A DNA stretch of 60,425 bases from Elsinoe ampelina (taxonomy: Eukaryota): contig ML992516.1 in NCBI GenBank assembly GCA_010093995.1, positions 478,422 to 538,846 on the forward strand. The letters run 5' to 3'. The notes below the pieces were generated by a model that saw only the letters and a list, made by a program, of their open reading frames with translations, had not been told where the DNA came from and did not search any database. Shown here in pieces: positions 11,358-24,108 of the stretch. The position numbers and the translations under genes were made by a program. Numbering within the stretch: the first letter of the stretch is position 1; each line of letters opens with the position of its first letter.

Positions 11358-12963
11358 ATGCCGACTGAACCAGTGGCCACATTCCAGGGCCATGCTCGCT
11401 CTCCTTCCTTGCGTCTACTCGCCAGAATATCTCAATACGAGCTTCTCTCTCGCATGTGGTCTGAAAAGGCCGACTCACTTCCTCCCATCAAGGAACGCGA
11501 TTTTGCCTACATCGATCAAGTTCCCATGATCTTACCCGAGTCTCGAGGAGAGATTAGTATATCAAGCGCAAAGGACTTTTCAGAGTATGTATTTCTCAAT
11601 CAGTCATGTTTCACGTGGACTATGGTTCACTTTTGTTGAATCCATGGTCGCATTTGCCCTCACCCAAGCGGAAACGACTGACATATTCCAGACTGCTCTC
11701 TGGTCCAACGGTAGATATCTTTGTTGGCAAGGATAAGCGTCGGTGGTCGATACATCGTAATCTACTCGTACATCATTCTGGATATTTCGAAACTGCCTTT
11801 ATGGGCGCACATCTACCAAAGTCGAAACAGGCGAACCAGACATTGGAACTGCTCAAAGATGATCCTGCGGGATTTGAGCTGTTTGTCAAATGGCTCTATC
11901 AAGGGCGATTGGACGATCCTGGTACCATGTCAGACGAGCAAAAGTACGAGTATGCTGTAGCTTGTCACAAGCTGTATCTACTCTGCGAACGATTCGAGCT
12001 ACCCGACCTCAAAAACATGTCTGTCGATCAGTATCGACTATGTTTGAATGAAGCTCAGCTGGTCCCGGATGCTGAAGAGATCAATGACATCTACAAGATC
12101 TCTCCAAAAGGCTCACCATTCCGCAAGCTCATGACACAGATTGCTGCCCGACAAATCATGGATCCCGATACCGACAAGGATGCTGAGAGTTACCGATCTT
12201 GCTTTCAGGATAATCCCGACTTTGCTGTCGATATGGTAAATGCTATCAAGACTGGTACTGGTGGTGTCCTATTCGACGACCCTACAGAGGGGAACGACTG
12301 CGAATATCACGACCACGAGAATGGTGCTGCTTGCCGGCATCGACCGAGAACATTGGGTAGGTCTGCTTTTTCATTTCTCCAAACACGACCTGCATTGCGA
12401 CATGAAATGCTGCTAGCAGGCTGGGATCTTCCTCCCGATCTGATCAAGGATGCGGAATCGTCAAGCGCGACATCAGATAGTGCATGGACGCCAAAGACTG
12501 ATTCGATTGATGGTACTCCCGATCATTCTTCCCCAAGCCTAGGTTCGAAATGATGTGCATGTTTAACATTGTACAAGGTCTAAAGAATATCAGCAGCCAA
12601 CGAAAAACGTCTCAGACGTCGCCTGACAGACGAGGATCTATTACAGATGATGAAGGCACCATCAACAACGTCGACAGACAGCGACATGTCAGATTTGATA
12701 TCGGAAGAGTCGATTCCAGGAGGAACTCAACCTCCTCCACCAACACCGGCGAAACCAGCAAACCAGATCAAGGCCAAACAGATGGAATTGGTTCTGTCAT
12801 CAGCAATGGGATCAATGGACAATATACTCAAGGCGGACAGAGTGAGGGAGGGACAGAAGAAGATGGGAGAGGGACAAGAGGGAGTCCGAACAGAAGGAAA
12901 CCCGCTAAATTACGTCGCAGCTCTCCGTCTGCTACAGGAGAAGGGGAGAAGACGGGGGAGTAG
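11358..12963 (+). CDS. BTB/POZ-domain protein
   Basis: Fungal BTB motif V.IFVG..KRRWSIHRNLL..HS.YF...LEL..DDP..FELFVKWLY. Intron 11585-11691 joins in frame to the exon starting at ATG 11358. Probable second intron ~12357-12577; if unspliced the protein stops at 12553. Ends are uncertain. Confidence 0.78.
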
Positions 12964-13438
12964 AGATTTGTTTGATGGATTGGAAGGGTCATGATTTGTG
13001 TATAGCTTGGCTTCTTCTTCGTGTGTGTTATTGGAGGGCGCTTTATGAGATACCCACGAGTTGATTGATTGATCTATCATTACTGTCTGTCCATTAGGAT
13101 ATTGAAGCAATGCATCAGCCGAGGATCTGATGATATCTGCCCCTCTTGTTGTTTTTCATCTGCCGATCAAGTTGAAGATCTTGTACGTCATCAGCCTCAG
13201 GAACATCTCCAAACTGAAGCTTTCTTCTTCTTGGAGAAAGCCCCACTCGCAACGAAATCTTTCCTCCACCCTTAGTCAAAGATGATTAATGGACCGTTAA
13301 GAGGGGCTGTCAATCATGCAGTGATTCGGGTAAGTTCATCTAGAGGGAGGTATAAAGGTCAAGAGCTCCCCTTGACACCGCTAAATGACTGTCGATCACC
13401 CACATCATCACTGAGCTCGAAACAGATTAATAGCAATC

Positions 13439-14208
13439 ATGTCCAAGCCAATTCTCGTCCACGGTCATATCGGTGTGAGTGTCGATGCAACTGACGTATA
13501 ACGAGTCCACCTGACAAGCTCCACAGGGCCCCAACCCATGGAAGGTCGTTATGATGCTCGAGGAGCTGAAGATACCTTATGAGGTCAAGTTCTGGGATTT
13601 TTCCGAGCTTCACAAAGATCCCTACGAGAAGATGAATCCGAATGGCCGAACTCCTACCATTGAAGACCCGAATACCGGCATCACTCTCTGGGAATCTGGT
13701 GCTATCATCGAGTACCTCGTCGAGACTTACGACAAGAACGGAGACTTTACCTTCACTTCGAGTCCAGAAAAGTTTCAATTGAAGCAATGGTTGCATTTCC
13801 AAATGTCTGGACAAGGTTGGTGGAAGTGCTGGGTCAGGAGATCTCTGACTGACTGTTCTAGGTCCATACTTTGGCCAGAAAATGTGGTTCACATACTACC
13901 ACAGCGAGAAGCTTCCCTCTGCCATTGAGCGCTACGAGAAGGAGATCAAGCGAGTCGTCGGCGTTATCGACATGCATCTGAAGAGCACGGGCAGCGAGTA
14001 TCTGGTCGGTAATAAATACACCTACGCAGACCTGTCATTCATCCCATGGTTCAACCTTGTTCCATACGCTCTGCAACAACCGGAGGTCGAGAAAGAGTTT
14101 GAGAAGGACTACCCTACATACTATGCATGGTGGAAGAAGGTCAAGGGCAGGCCAGCAATCACAAAGACGTTGAACGATCAAGCAGAGGCTATGAAGAAGG
14201 GTCACTAG
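13439..14208 (+). CDS. Glutathione S-transferase (Ure2-like/GST-II type)
   Basis: GPNPWKV, MNPNGRTPTIED, LWESGAIIEYL, QWLHFQMSGQGPY, YTYADLSFIPW; introns ~13476-13526 and ~13816-13861. Confidence 0.92.
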
Positions 14209-14375
14209 ACACACGCATATATCTACCATCGGATCACTCAATGACACAATCATCACTACCATCAAGTACAAAGGGTATAGTTGATTCAAATATCCGCTAT
14301 GAAGTAAACCTGTTTTTCAATCCCACCATTTCTCATACCCAGCAGCATTCGCCGGCGAATACTCGATTATTTCGT

Positions 14376-15167
14376 CTAGCAAGACTTGACAGTGAAGCTA
14401 CCACAAGCACCACCTGGGCCGGAGGAAACCTCCTTTGGCTCATCACCCTTGTTGTTACCAGTGAACTGCGAGCAGATCTTCTTGACGCTGGTGGCGCAGG
14501 TACCAGTGATGGTGGCCTTGTCACCGTAGTTGCTGTTGATACCGACGAGGGTCTTGCCGGAAGAAGCCTGGACGTTCTTGACGACGACGGAGCGAGCCTT
14601 GCCGTTGTTGCTGCAGTTGCCGCATGACCTGTAGAGCTTGCCAAAGTTCTGGACCTTGAAGCCGTCGATGGTTACGGTGCCGAAACCGTTGTGCTGGATC
14701 ACCTTGTCGTCGGCGCCCTGGGCACCGCCGCCGGAGATGAGGGCGTTGCCGTCACCCTTGATGGAGAGGGCATCCTCGCAGACGTCGGTCCACCAGACGT
14801 CTAGGGATTGTTAGATGTGTTTGAGATATATTGAGGGTTTATTCTTACTCTTGATGGTGCAAGAACCGAGGCAGTAGACACCTTCCTTCTGGTTGGCGCC
14901 AATGATGGCGTTTTGCAGGGTAGCTCCGTTGGACAGGAGGAAGACAGTGTCTGCCTGACCACCCTCGGATTGACCGGTGCACTTGACACCCTTGCGGCCG
15001 TAGGTCTTGAGACCACCGTCAAAGGTGCCAGAGACCTTCTGCGGGGCAGTGTAGTCGACGGTACCCTTGGAGGCGGGGATGTTGAAGGAGATGGCGCGAG
15101 GGATGTTCTGCGCAGGGGAAGCCATGGCCAATGGGGCGGCCAGGAGGGCGAGAGTAAGGTACTGCAT
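14376..15167 (-). CDS. Secreted pectate lyase, family PL3
   Basis: Signal peptide [58 protein letters not shown]; intron ~14802-14849. Confidence 0.94.
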
Positions 15168-17299
15168 TTTTGATATGTGGGGTTTGGGGTTGGATTGGAA
15201 TTAGGTCTGGAGAAGTGAAGTTGAACGAATGAATGTCTTGCTGGAGCTCTGCTCTTGCTTGAAGAAAAGGACTGATTGAATAGGAGGATTCAAGGAGACT
15301 ATATACTTACCACATGTCCTCCACTCGGACGGTGTAACATGGACCCACGAATACGCGCTCGGGTCATGGTCATTCAAAATTTTCCATCCATTCAGACATT
15401 GCAGGAGTTGAGAGTGGACGCCCTCAGGAGACGATTTGTGATCCAAGAGTGGTGGCGGACGACGCTCCCGGTTAGAAAAGGTTGTTGAAACAGGTCGAGG
15501 CCCCACGATCGACGGTGCTTGGGTGCAATCTACGAGTGCTTGGGAGCCATGCTTACAGCGGACAAGGCAGCACAAGCCAGGGACGAGGTAGCACAAGCCT
15601 GTGACAAGCGTCACAAGCCTTGCAAGCGAGGGACCAAGCGTGGGTCTCTCACAGATCCCAAGAGATCCTGAGACGTGTAGCGGTGGCATGAGGAAATTGG
15701 AACGATACCAAGCATCATAGAAGCCTTGAATGCCAAGACGGAAAGATGTCCCACGACTAATCAGAAGACAGATTCCGCTCCGCTAGTTGGTTTCATAAAG
15801 CTTGGGTGGCTTATGAGGCAAGTCATGTCATGCTTGAAAATGATGGTACGGTGGGGATTATTCTGGTCATTGCTTGTTGTGATCGAGTCTCCATTATTCG
15901 TGATTGTCGAGGCTGATGGTCGTTGACCTTTCCAATTAGGGCTTGATAGAAAATTGGTCTCTGACATGAGAGACAGGTAGGGCATGACAAACCCCTTTTT
16001 CTGTCAGTCCATTAGGTTATCTCGAACGAGGTCATCTGGTCATCGAGGGCTGGTTGAAAAAGGTTCTACGTAAAACCCCTGTCTTTGTTTCTCCGTTGGA
16101 AATCATCTGGTACCTGCAGGACATCTCTCACAAGCCCTGTTTTGTTCCTCTTACATGAACCACTAACCCTGCTCTGTCCGGTCATGAGGAGGCCGAGAGG
16201 GAATGCAACATGCGATTCAAGGTATATGCATGTCCGATGGATGATTATAATTCCGCAGATACAAGAGGTACATGGCTTTATGCACCCCAGATATTTCTCC
16301 GTCCGATGGTCGGCCTCGGTCAAGGATTCCCGGTATAGAATGGGGAGAGTCTTGTTTCCAGGCCTCGGTCTTGTTGATCTGCTGCTCCACCTGTCGATAC
16401 TTGTTAGATCGGGTCAATGAAGATGGGATATACGGGCCGAGCAGCATTGAGGCAGTGCAAAAGAGACTGGAAACATATAACTCTGGTTGACTACTCTGCA
16501 GATTCAGCCCGTGTTTTCAACTTTCTTCTACATTTATTGTGCATCTTCTACTGGACTGCACAGTAGTTCTGGTCAGAATTGACGACGATTTCTGCACACA
16601 CCGTCCCTCTTTTCTGTTCACGATTGCATCACATCCGTATCTCATCAGGATCACAGTCGACCGAAAGGAGAAGAGTTTTCCCTGTCAATCGGCCCACAGT
16701 CGACCGATAACACCCGGTAGGTCATGTTGGGCCTGAAATATGCATACCATCGACTCAACACCACCAATCCGTTGGTCATAATCTTTCCTTTCTACGGCTC
16801 AACCTCAATACGGTATCCCGTAACCGGCTTGAAGCTGACGACTTTTTGTCGAATATGACAACTGCCAAGTTTATTCTATTCTCGCCTGAACCAGGATCTA
16901 CACTTTGGCCTTCAAGATCCGATGCATGCTGACGTATTTTCTGCCTTTCAGGACTAATATTTCCTCTCCCAAGGCTCAAGTCCGGTAGTTTTGTTTATAT
17001 CACCATCTTCATACGCCGACATTTTGGTGTCATCGGTCAAAAGGGGTTATATATACGAATCCATTTCGGATCGTCTGTTCCTGGCAATCCTCCCGATTGA
17101 CCGATTTGTGATTCTATTGGTTTTCGTGATGAGAGAAACGTCGTGGTTGGGTCAGTGTCCACGTGAAGAGATTTTACAAACTGCATCAGAATAGATATGA
17201 GATGCAAACACGGCTCGGTTGATAAACTGACTGCCTACCCTGCCGGTGTTCCTTGAAGGGCTGCAGCTCATCTTGTTCTCCAAGGTCCGGACTTCACAC

Positions 17300-19762
17300 A
17301 TGTTGATGTATCCTACCCAAACTCCTTTTGCTGTGTCGACGACGACGGCGGTCGGGTCCGACGCGTTTTTCCCTGACCCGGCAATGGACCAAGACAACGC
17401 TAAGGCCTGGGAATCTTTATTTCCGCCTTCAACTTTTTCTAATTCCCAGAGATCAGGTCTGGTCTCGTCTTGTGTTCATTCGCCAGATCAGTATTGGCCC
17501 GCCTGTTGTTGCCCTTCTTGCCGGCAACAAGGTTTGGTCATGTCGAATTTGAATCTGACTTCGACCCCAATTGCCAGTCCGGTAGATGGTCAGAATGGGC
17601 ATATCACACCTGCTTTGCAGTCTCCGGCACGGGACAGTTCTGCGAGCACTCCCGAGGCAGGTGGTAAACCTAAACAGAAGAGAAATAAACCTACCTTGTC
17701 ATGTCAGGAATGTGTAGAGCGGAAAACAAAGGTTGGTTTTGTATCTGAAATGAAAATGCGACAACCATCTAATATCCGGTATGCAGTGCGACAGAGGGAG
17801 ACCAAATTGTTTGTCTTGTATCAAACGGCAGACGGATTGTCATTATACCCAAATTGCGAATCTAATAGCATCGGCAAAGTATGGTTAGTGATGAATATTG
17901 ATGGACTGCACTGATGATGGTAGAACCACTGGTGGCGCAAAGGCTCGTTATGTCACAAAGCCATCCATCAAGGCGAGAAAGACCAACAGTGTTTCATCAA
18001 CTGCGACAACGACATCGAGAGCGGGAGTAGGTTAGCTTGTGATTATGACATTACACGGCTGACATTATGCAGTCTGAAGGTCCTTCTCAGCCGTCTGCCA
18101 CGCTGAAGCGGAAGATTAGGCCCAGTAGTACGCCATACTTGGGGACTGCTCTGCCGTATTCGAGATCGACTCCTTCGAATGTGTTTGGCGTTGGAGCCCA
18201 ACATCCTTTCTCAAATTACTGGACATGTTCGGTAAGTGACAGTCCTCAGTCTTAATGGCTATGCTAAAAGTACAGGGTGGTGTTGCCGAAGTGGTGGGCG
18301 TCCTGCCCAGCAAGGAACAGGCCGACATGTATGTAATCATTCAAAGTGGTATGGTCACTACTGACTATTGCAGCCTTGTGGCAAAGTACTTTGAAGTGAT
18401 GGATCCAGTCTATCCCTTCATTCACCGGAGGACTTTCTTCACAAACTATGAACGCTTCTGGGCACAACCATTGTCGATCAAGAATGATACCGATGCCGAT
18501 CTGCTTGCACTCCACTACACCATCTATGCTCTCGGCACACAGTTCATGCAATTTCCATCATATGAGGAGAGAGCTTCATCAGCAGAATTCTATGCCTCGG
18601 CTGCGAATCAAGCACTTCGGATCTACTCCTACCTCAACCGAGCATCCATGCGATCAATGGCTGCCATGACACTCCTGACCTACTTCTTGATGAATGATAA
18701 TCACGCCAGTGATGCTTATGCATGGTCTGGGATACTCTTGCGACAAGCATATGCACTTAGACTACACCGAGATCCAGAATTCATCGACCTGAACATCTCC
18801 GAGATTGAGAAGCAAACTCGGCGGCGGTTATGGCAGGCTGTGTTCTTCCAGGATACCTTCCTGACAGTACTACTCAAGCTGCCACCTACCGCAACACACA
18901 GCGATGTACAACTGGACAATCTCATGGACGAAGCGAGCCTCAAGGCTGATGGATTCGAGGTTGATATACCCTTTCAATCACGAGTGGAGAATCTCATGTC
19001 AATCAATGTTATCGCTCCGCCAGTGGAAGTCTCTCTACCACCACCACCGGTTGATATAACTCCTTATCTGGTGGATCATACCGTCGACAAGGCTGATGTT
19101 GAATACATCCGGTCAATGTGGAAGCTTGGCAACCTGGTACAAGAGAATCTTTCATCACCAATGTCTCTCAACCTGCCTCTTGTATCAAGCCCCCGACAAA
19201 AGACTAGTCTAGTATCTAGCTTCCGAGCGCTTTATCGGTCTTTCCCGAATGTTCTCACCATTTTGGATTTCAGCACTCTTCAAGCCGAGGCAACAGTTAA
19301 TCCCCGCGGAGTACGACAGAACTTGTTTCTCACCAGTAACTTCTACCATTGCTTAATGATCCTACAAGCGAGTGAGAATGATGAAGCGGGTGTTGAGTGT
19401 AACATCCGAGGGAGTCTGGAAGCTGCACATGAAGCATTGTGGAGTTTCTTCAAGTTGGTGAAGCTGTTTGAGCTCGAGGCGACAGTATGGTGGGTGTTCC
19501 AGCACAGAGCATTTGAGGAGGCTGTAAGTACTCGCCCTCCCATCATTGTTCAACAAGCTGATATTGTTAGGTCACTATAGCCAAATTGCTATCGATCGAA
19601 CCGACACAGGATGTTAATGTCAACGACGCACTCTACACAAAGTGCAAGAATGATGTTATGACCATGATTGACTTTCTCAAGAACGGTAGTAGGGGAAATT
19701 TGGAAATGCAAAGGACAAGATTGCTGGCGTTGGAGGAAGCCTTTGACAAGATTGTCGTTTGA
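17300..19762 (+). CDS. Zn(II)2Cys6 transcription factor with fungal TF middle-homology domain
   Basis: CQECVERKTK / intron / CDRGRPNCLSCIKRQTDC; downstream YFEVMDPVYPFIH and AYALRLHRDP...RRRLWQAV; several ~50-nt introns. Start codon approximate. Confidence 0.88.
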
Positions 19763-20574
19763 GATGATTTCGGTCTCCGGTTCTTTTCGGTATGATACCA
19801 TATTATGACCACAGGTAGCTGATCAGCGGCCCTTATGAATGAATTCGTTTTAATGCGCCTCCATGTCCATGGACGAATACGGCGACTGACGCACTACTTA
19901 CCAGTGTCTTTCGAGTCTCGAACATCTCTGTACGAGCATTTCACATCTTGTAGCGTACAAAAGTAGGAAATAGCATCAACTGAGTAGGGTCCTGTGATCT
20001 GCGGCCATCGTAATTTGTCTCATACTGGGATTGGCAGGTACCATGCAGGTTCAAGCTTCTAGCCATGTGCGTGCCTGGAAATACTAGCATCATGATAGGT
20101 TCGCAAGAAATTCTCCGTCTTTCCTGAATACTAGTACTTGTGAGGCAGTAACAGAGTCTCAGGTATTGGCCAAGAGAACGAGATTTAGTGAGCCTCGTAG
20201 ATGAAGCCAATCAGAATCATCTCTATACCGGTATACGCCACCCTCAATTTCTAGATCCGCGCTCCCATTCTGACTCTCCTTCCTCCGCGTTTGTTCTTTC
20301 ATCATACTCGCCGCAGCTACTCCAGCAACCGAGGGACGAGCACTTTTGATGAATCTAGGAGCCTAGTTATGTAACAGGCCGTGATGAGATAGTTGCAAAA
20401 GTGATCATCATGGGTGATGGACAGGTTTGTATAAGTATTCAACATGTCCGATTCCTACAGCCACCAACTACAACCATCTCTGCCCTATTCTGATCGCGAT
20501 TGATTAATTCTGCCCCCTCTTATCACGTCAAAGTTACCGGGATACAGTAGATCGAAGCTTGAACTCTTGGCCAA

Positions 20575-22212
20575 ATGAGGACCACTCTTTACCTCGCTGC
20601 CCTACTGCAACCACTCTGGGCTTCTGCTCAGAACAGCACTTCGCCTGCCAGAGGGCCATTGTGTGCTTGCAGTCAACTCTCTGCCCTCAATGCTAGCAAC
20701 TATGTTGCAAAAGACAGCACCGACTACCAGACTGAGAATTTGAAGGTCTGGGATAAGAGATCGAACCAATCTCCGGCATGCATCTACCTGCCAACAACAG
20801 CGGACGATGCAGCCGAGGCAGTTAGCATTCTCAACTCTTGTAATGCTGTCTTTGCCCTGCGTGGTGGCGGACACATGAATGTACGTCAAGGCAAAATTTG
20901 TGGCTATTTTGTACTGACCTATCTAGTACCCGGGTTCCAACAACATCGATGGTGGTGTCCTCCTCTCCCTCAACCGCATGGATGAGCTGCAGCTTTCCAA
21001 CGATACCGAGACAGTCGCCATTGGCCCCGGTAATAGGTGGATTGACGTATACTCTTACCTAGAGCCTTTCGGCAAGTATGTCATCGGTGGTCGTTTAAAG
21101 GTCATTGGCGTACCCGGCTTGACCCTCATCGGTGGTGTCAACTACTTCATCAACAAGTACGGCTTCTCAATGGACAATGTGGTTAATTATGATGTGATCC
21201 TCGGCAATGGCACTCAAGTCAAGGCCAACCGGCAGGAGAATCCAGATCTCTTTTGGGCACTGAAGGGTAGGGTCATCGTCCTGTCTGTACTATCTGCTTG
21301 CTGACTTCTCTTAGGTGGCGGCAGCAACTTTGGACTCGTCAGTCGCTTTACTTTCAAGACTCTCCCCATCGCCAATGCTTCCACAACAATTTCCGTCTGG
21401 GGTCCCCAAGCCATTGAACCCTTCATCCGTGCAGTCTGCAAGTTTGTTGATAACATTGGCAACAAGCCCTCCGTAGCTGCTGGTGGGGTTCTAAACATCA
21501 ACTATAATGCCACGACCGGTGTTAGCACCGCCAACTTTTTCGGCTCACAAGAAGGCACCGAGTCTCCCGCTAGTAGCTTTGCTCCCTTTGCCAAATTACC
21601 AGGAATCCTCCAGAAGAGAGATGCAGTCACTACTCCCGCCAAATTTTCGGCCAACTTTGATTCACCTGCCCAGATGTTCAGGATCCAATTCGGACATCAC
21701 ACCATCCGCACAGATCCTGATAGGTTGATCAGCATTTACAACCAGTGGGTCGAGGCACTGCAGGATATTCGAGATGTGCCCGGTCTTCAACCTACATTTG
21801 TTCTCAACCCTGCTCCAAAGAGTGCTGCGAGGGTAGCAAAGAAGAACGGTGTTGGCAATGTCTGGGGTCTGGATGATAAGGAGAACTACATCTGTGAGTT
21901 GTTCAGCACTCATTCTCGATTATGGCACTAATTCTGTCAGGGTGGCAATTATCTACAGCTTGGGCTAATCCCGAGGACGATATTAGAGTGACCTCGTGGT
22001 CAAAGTCACTTCTTGAGAGGCTTCACAGGGAGAACATCGACATGGGCATAGGAACAGAGTTCTTGTACTCTGGTGATGCTTCGGAGAGTCAGGATGTTTA
22101 CGCAACATTACCAGAGAAGAACAGGGATAGGCTGTTTGATGTCAGGGATCGGTACGATGTGGATGGTGTGTTCCAGCGTTTGAACTATGGTGGGTTCAAG
22201 CTGGGATACTAG
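20575..22212 (+). CDS. Secreted FAD-linked oxidoreductase (BBE/AA7-like, VAO/PCMH fold)
   Basis: Signal peptide; PACIYLP, FALRGGGH (covalent FAD His), GLTLIGG, NPDLFWALKGGGSNFG, C-terminal RYDVDGVFQRL..GGFKL; three introns. Confidence 0.88.
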
Positions 22213-22340
22213 AAGAAGGTGGTCTTGTACATGCGGAATACGCTTTGGATCTTGGTAGTACATATGTTGTATTCGATAGGATGGTTAGCAGATAAATTAG
22301 CGCATTGCATGGACCCTAATCGGTTATGGCGTCCCCGCCT

Positions 22341-23891
22341 TTATACATTGGCTAGAGCTTGCTTCATCTCCCAGACAGCATCATACCCGTACGCCCACTT
22401 TTGTGTCACAGGATCACTCCACTGATTTGGGCTCTCCTCGAACACTTCACCCTTGACCTCCGGCTCCATCAGTTGGTCTCTCGTCTTCTGCTCCTCACCA
22501 TCCTCAAGATGCCAGATCACTCCATTCACAGCACTCGCCCTCTGCATCTGCCCAGCTCTCAACGATCTCACCCTCTCAAACACCGCCAACCTCTCCGGCA
22601 GATCTCCGATTCCTGCTCCCTTCAAAGCTGCGCCTAGCGCCGCCGCATCTTCAATTGCCATACCCGCCCCCTCGGACATGTAAGGCAACATAGCATGAGC
22701 TGCATCTCCCAGCACCACCAGCTTGCCAGATTCGGACGTCCACTTGCTCAAATTCGGCACAGTAAGGAGTGGCCACTTCATCGTGACCTCAATCTTGTCA
22801 ATCAGCGCCACCAGTCTCGGATCCCAGTGCTGGAAATAGGTCTTCATATCTGCCAGAGTCTTTTCTTGGGACGCAGAAGACCAATTGGCTGGGTCAGAGG
22901 CGTCGTGGTGGGAGAGGACGAGATTGAATTGTGAGCCCGAGGAGATGGAGTAGGTCATGACATGCTGTGATGGACCGATCCAGATGTTGATGTTGGGGGT
23001 TGTGAGCAGCCAGGATGTCGCCGGGTCAGAAAGCATTTTCGAGACTGGGACCGTGGCTCGATAGGCCGCAAAGCCAGTGGCTATGGGTAGGGTAGGAGCT
23101 GATGGGTCGACGAGGGGACGGGCTAGGGAGCGGATCCCTGATCGTGGTCAGCTGGACTGGATTGGAAGTGGAAAGGGTGGGTCTCACCATCTGCTGCTAC
23201 GACAAGATCTGCCCGTCGTCTGTCTCCGGTGGATAAGACGACTTCTCCGGCTTCTTCAATGTATTCCACCACTTTCGAATCGGTCGTCAAAGTCACTCCA
23301 TGCTCCAATGCAAGACGATGGAGGGCTTCATGAAAGTCTGCTCGATGTACGACGTAATAGGGTGCAGAGAACTTTTGCTTAAAGTCGGGCTTGAGAGCGG
23401 TGTAGCCGATAGCATTACCGTTTTCCCATCTGCGGAAGGTGATACTTTCTGGTTCGACTACTCGATCTTGTAGGTATGCTCCCAGACCCCACTCAAGTAA
23501 GATTCTAGCAGAGTTTGGGGGAATCTGGATGCCGGCTCCGACCTTGGATACATGTAAGAGTCCACTCGATTAGTACTACACTGGGACGTACCTCTCCGAG
23601 TCTCTTGGCTTGCTCGAGTACCTCCACATGATGCCCTTGTTTAGCCAGGGCAATGCCAGTGGCTAGACCTCCCAGTCCTGCTCCTACAACGAGCACATTG
23701 AGGGGAGACGATGATGAATTGATCTTGTCCAGGAACTTGAGGCTGTTCGTCGGATATGCAGGCCCCTGCTCAAGTCAACACGTGTGAGACCAGCCAAATG
23801 AGTGACCAACCTGGACTAGTACTTTGGCACCGCCACCCAAGCACGTGACTTTCGAGGCGTCGACAAGATCTGGCTCCACTTTCGAGATCAT
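22341..23891 (-). CDS. Group A FAD-dependent aromatic monooxygenase (salicylate hydroxylase / 3-hydroxybenzoate 6-hydroxylase-like)
   Basis: VLVVGAGLGG, GAGIQIPPNS, DLVVAADG, VVLGDAAHAMLPYMSEGAGMAIED; ATG 23891; about three introns. Confidence 0.9.
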
Positions 23892-23982
23892 GATTGATTA
23901 CATCTAGCTTTCATCGAATGCATCGCTTACTTGTGCACATATTCTTGTCTTTGTTGTTCTGCCCTGACACCCTGTCTCATCG

Positions 23983-24019
23983 CGGGGCATCTTCGGGTAT
24001 CGTTGCCGGTCTTTCCCCG
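23983..24019. promoter_or_regulatory. Two CCG-N8-CCG sites in the monooxygenase/TF divergent promoter
   Basis: 23983-23996 (- strand CCGAAGATGCCCCG) and 24006-24019 (CCGGTCTTTCCCCG). Confidence 0.55.
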
Positions 24020-24108
24020 CCACCGCCGCCGCCTGAGGTGTCGCTCTTCTTCCCCGTCCTTTCCATCATTTCCGTTCATTCCCCATCCCTTCTCATCACC
24101 GTTCCGTC

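Noticed and set aside
13439..14208. GST as the cluster's maleylpyruvate isomerase
   Set aside because: It is Ure2-like (GPNPWK), not zeta class, lies 8 kb away, and I saw no CCG-N8-CCG site in its promoter.
20575..22212. Secreted FAD oxidoreductase as a member of the stilbene cluster
   Set aside because: Adjacent but secreted, and I saw no copy of the shared promoter motif; membership is unsupported though not excluded.
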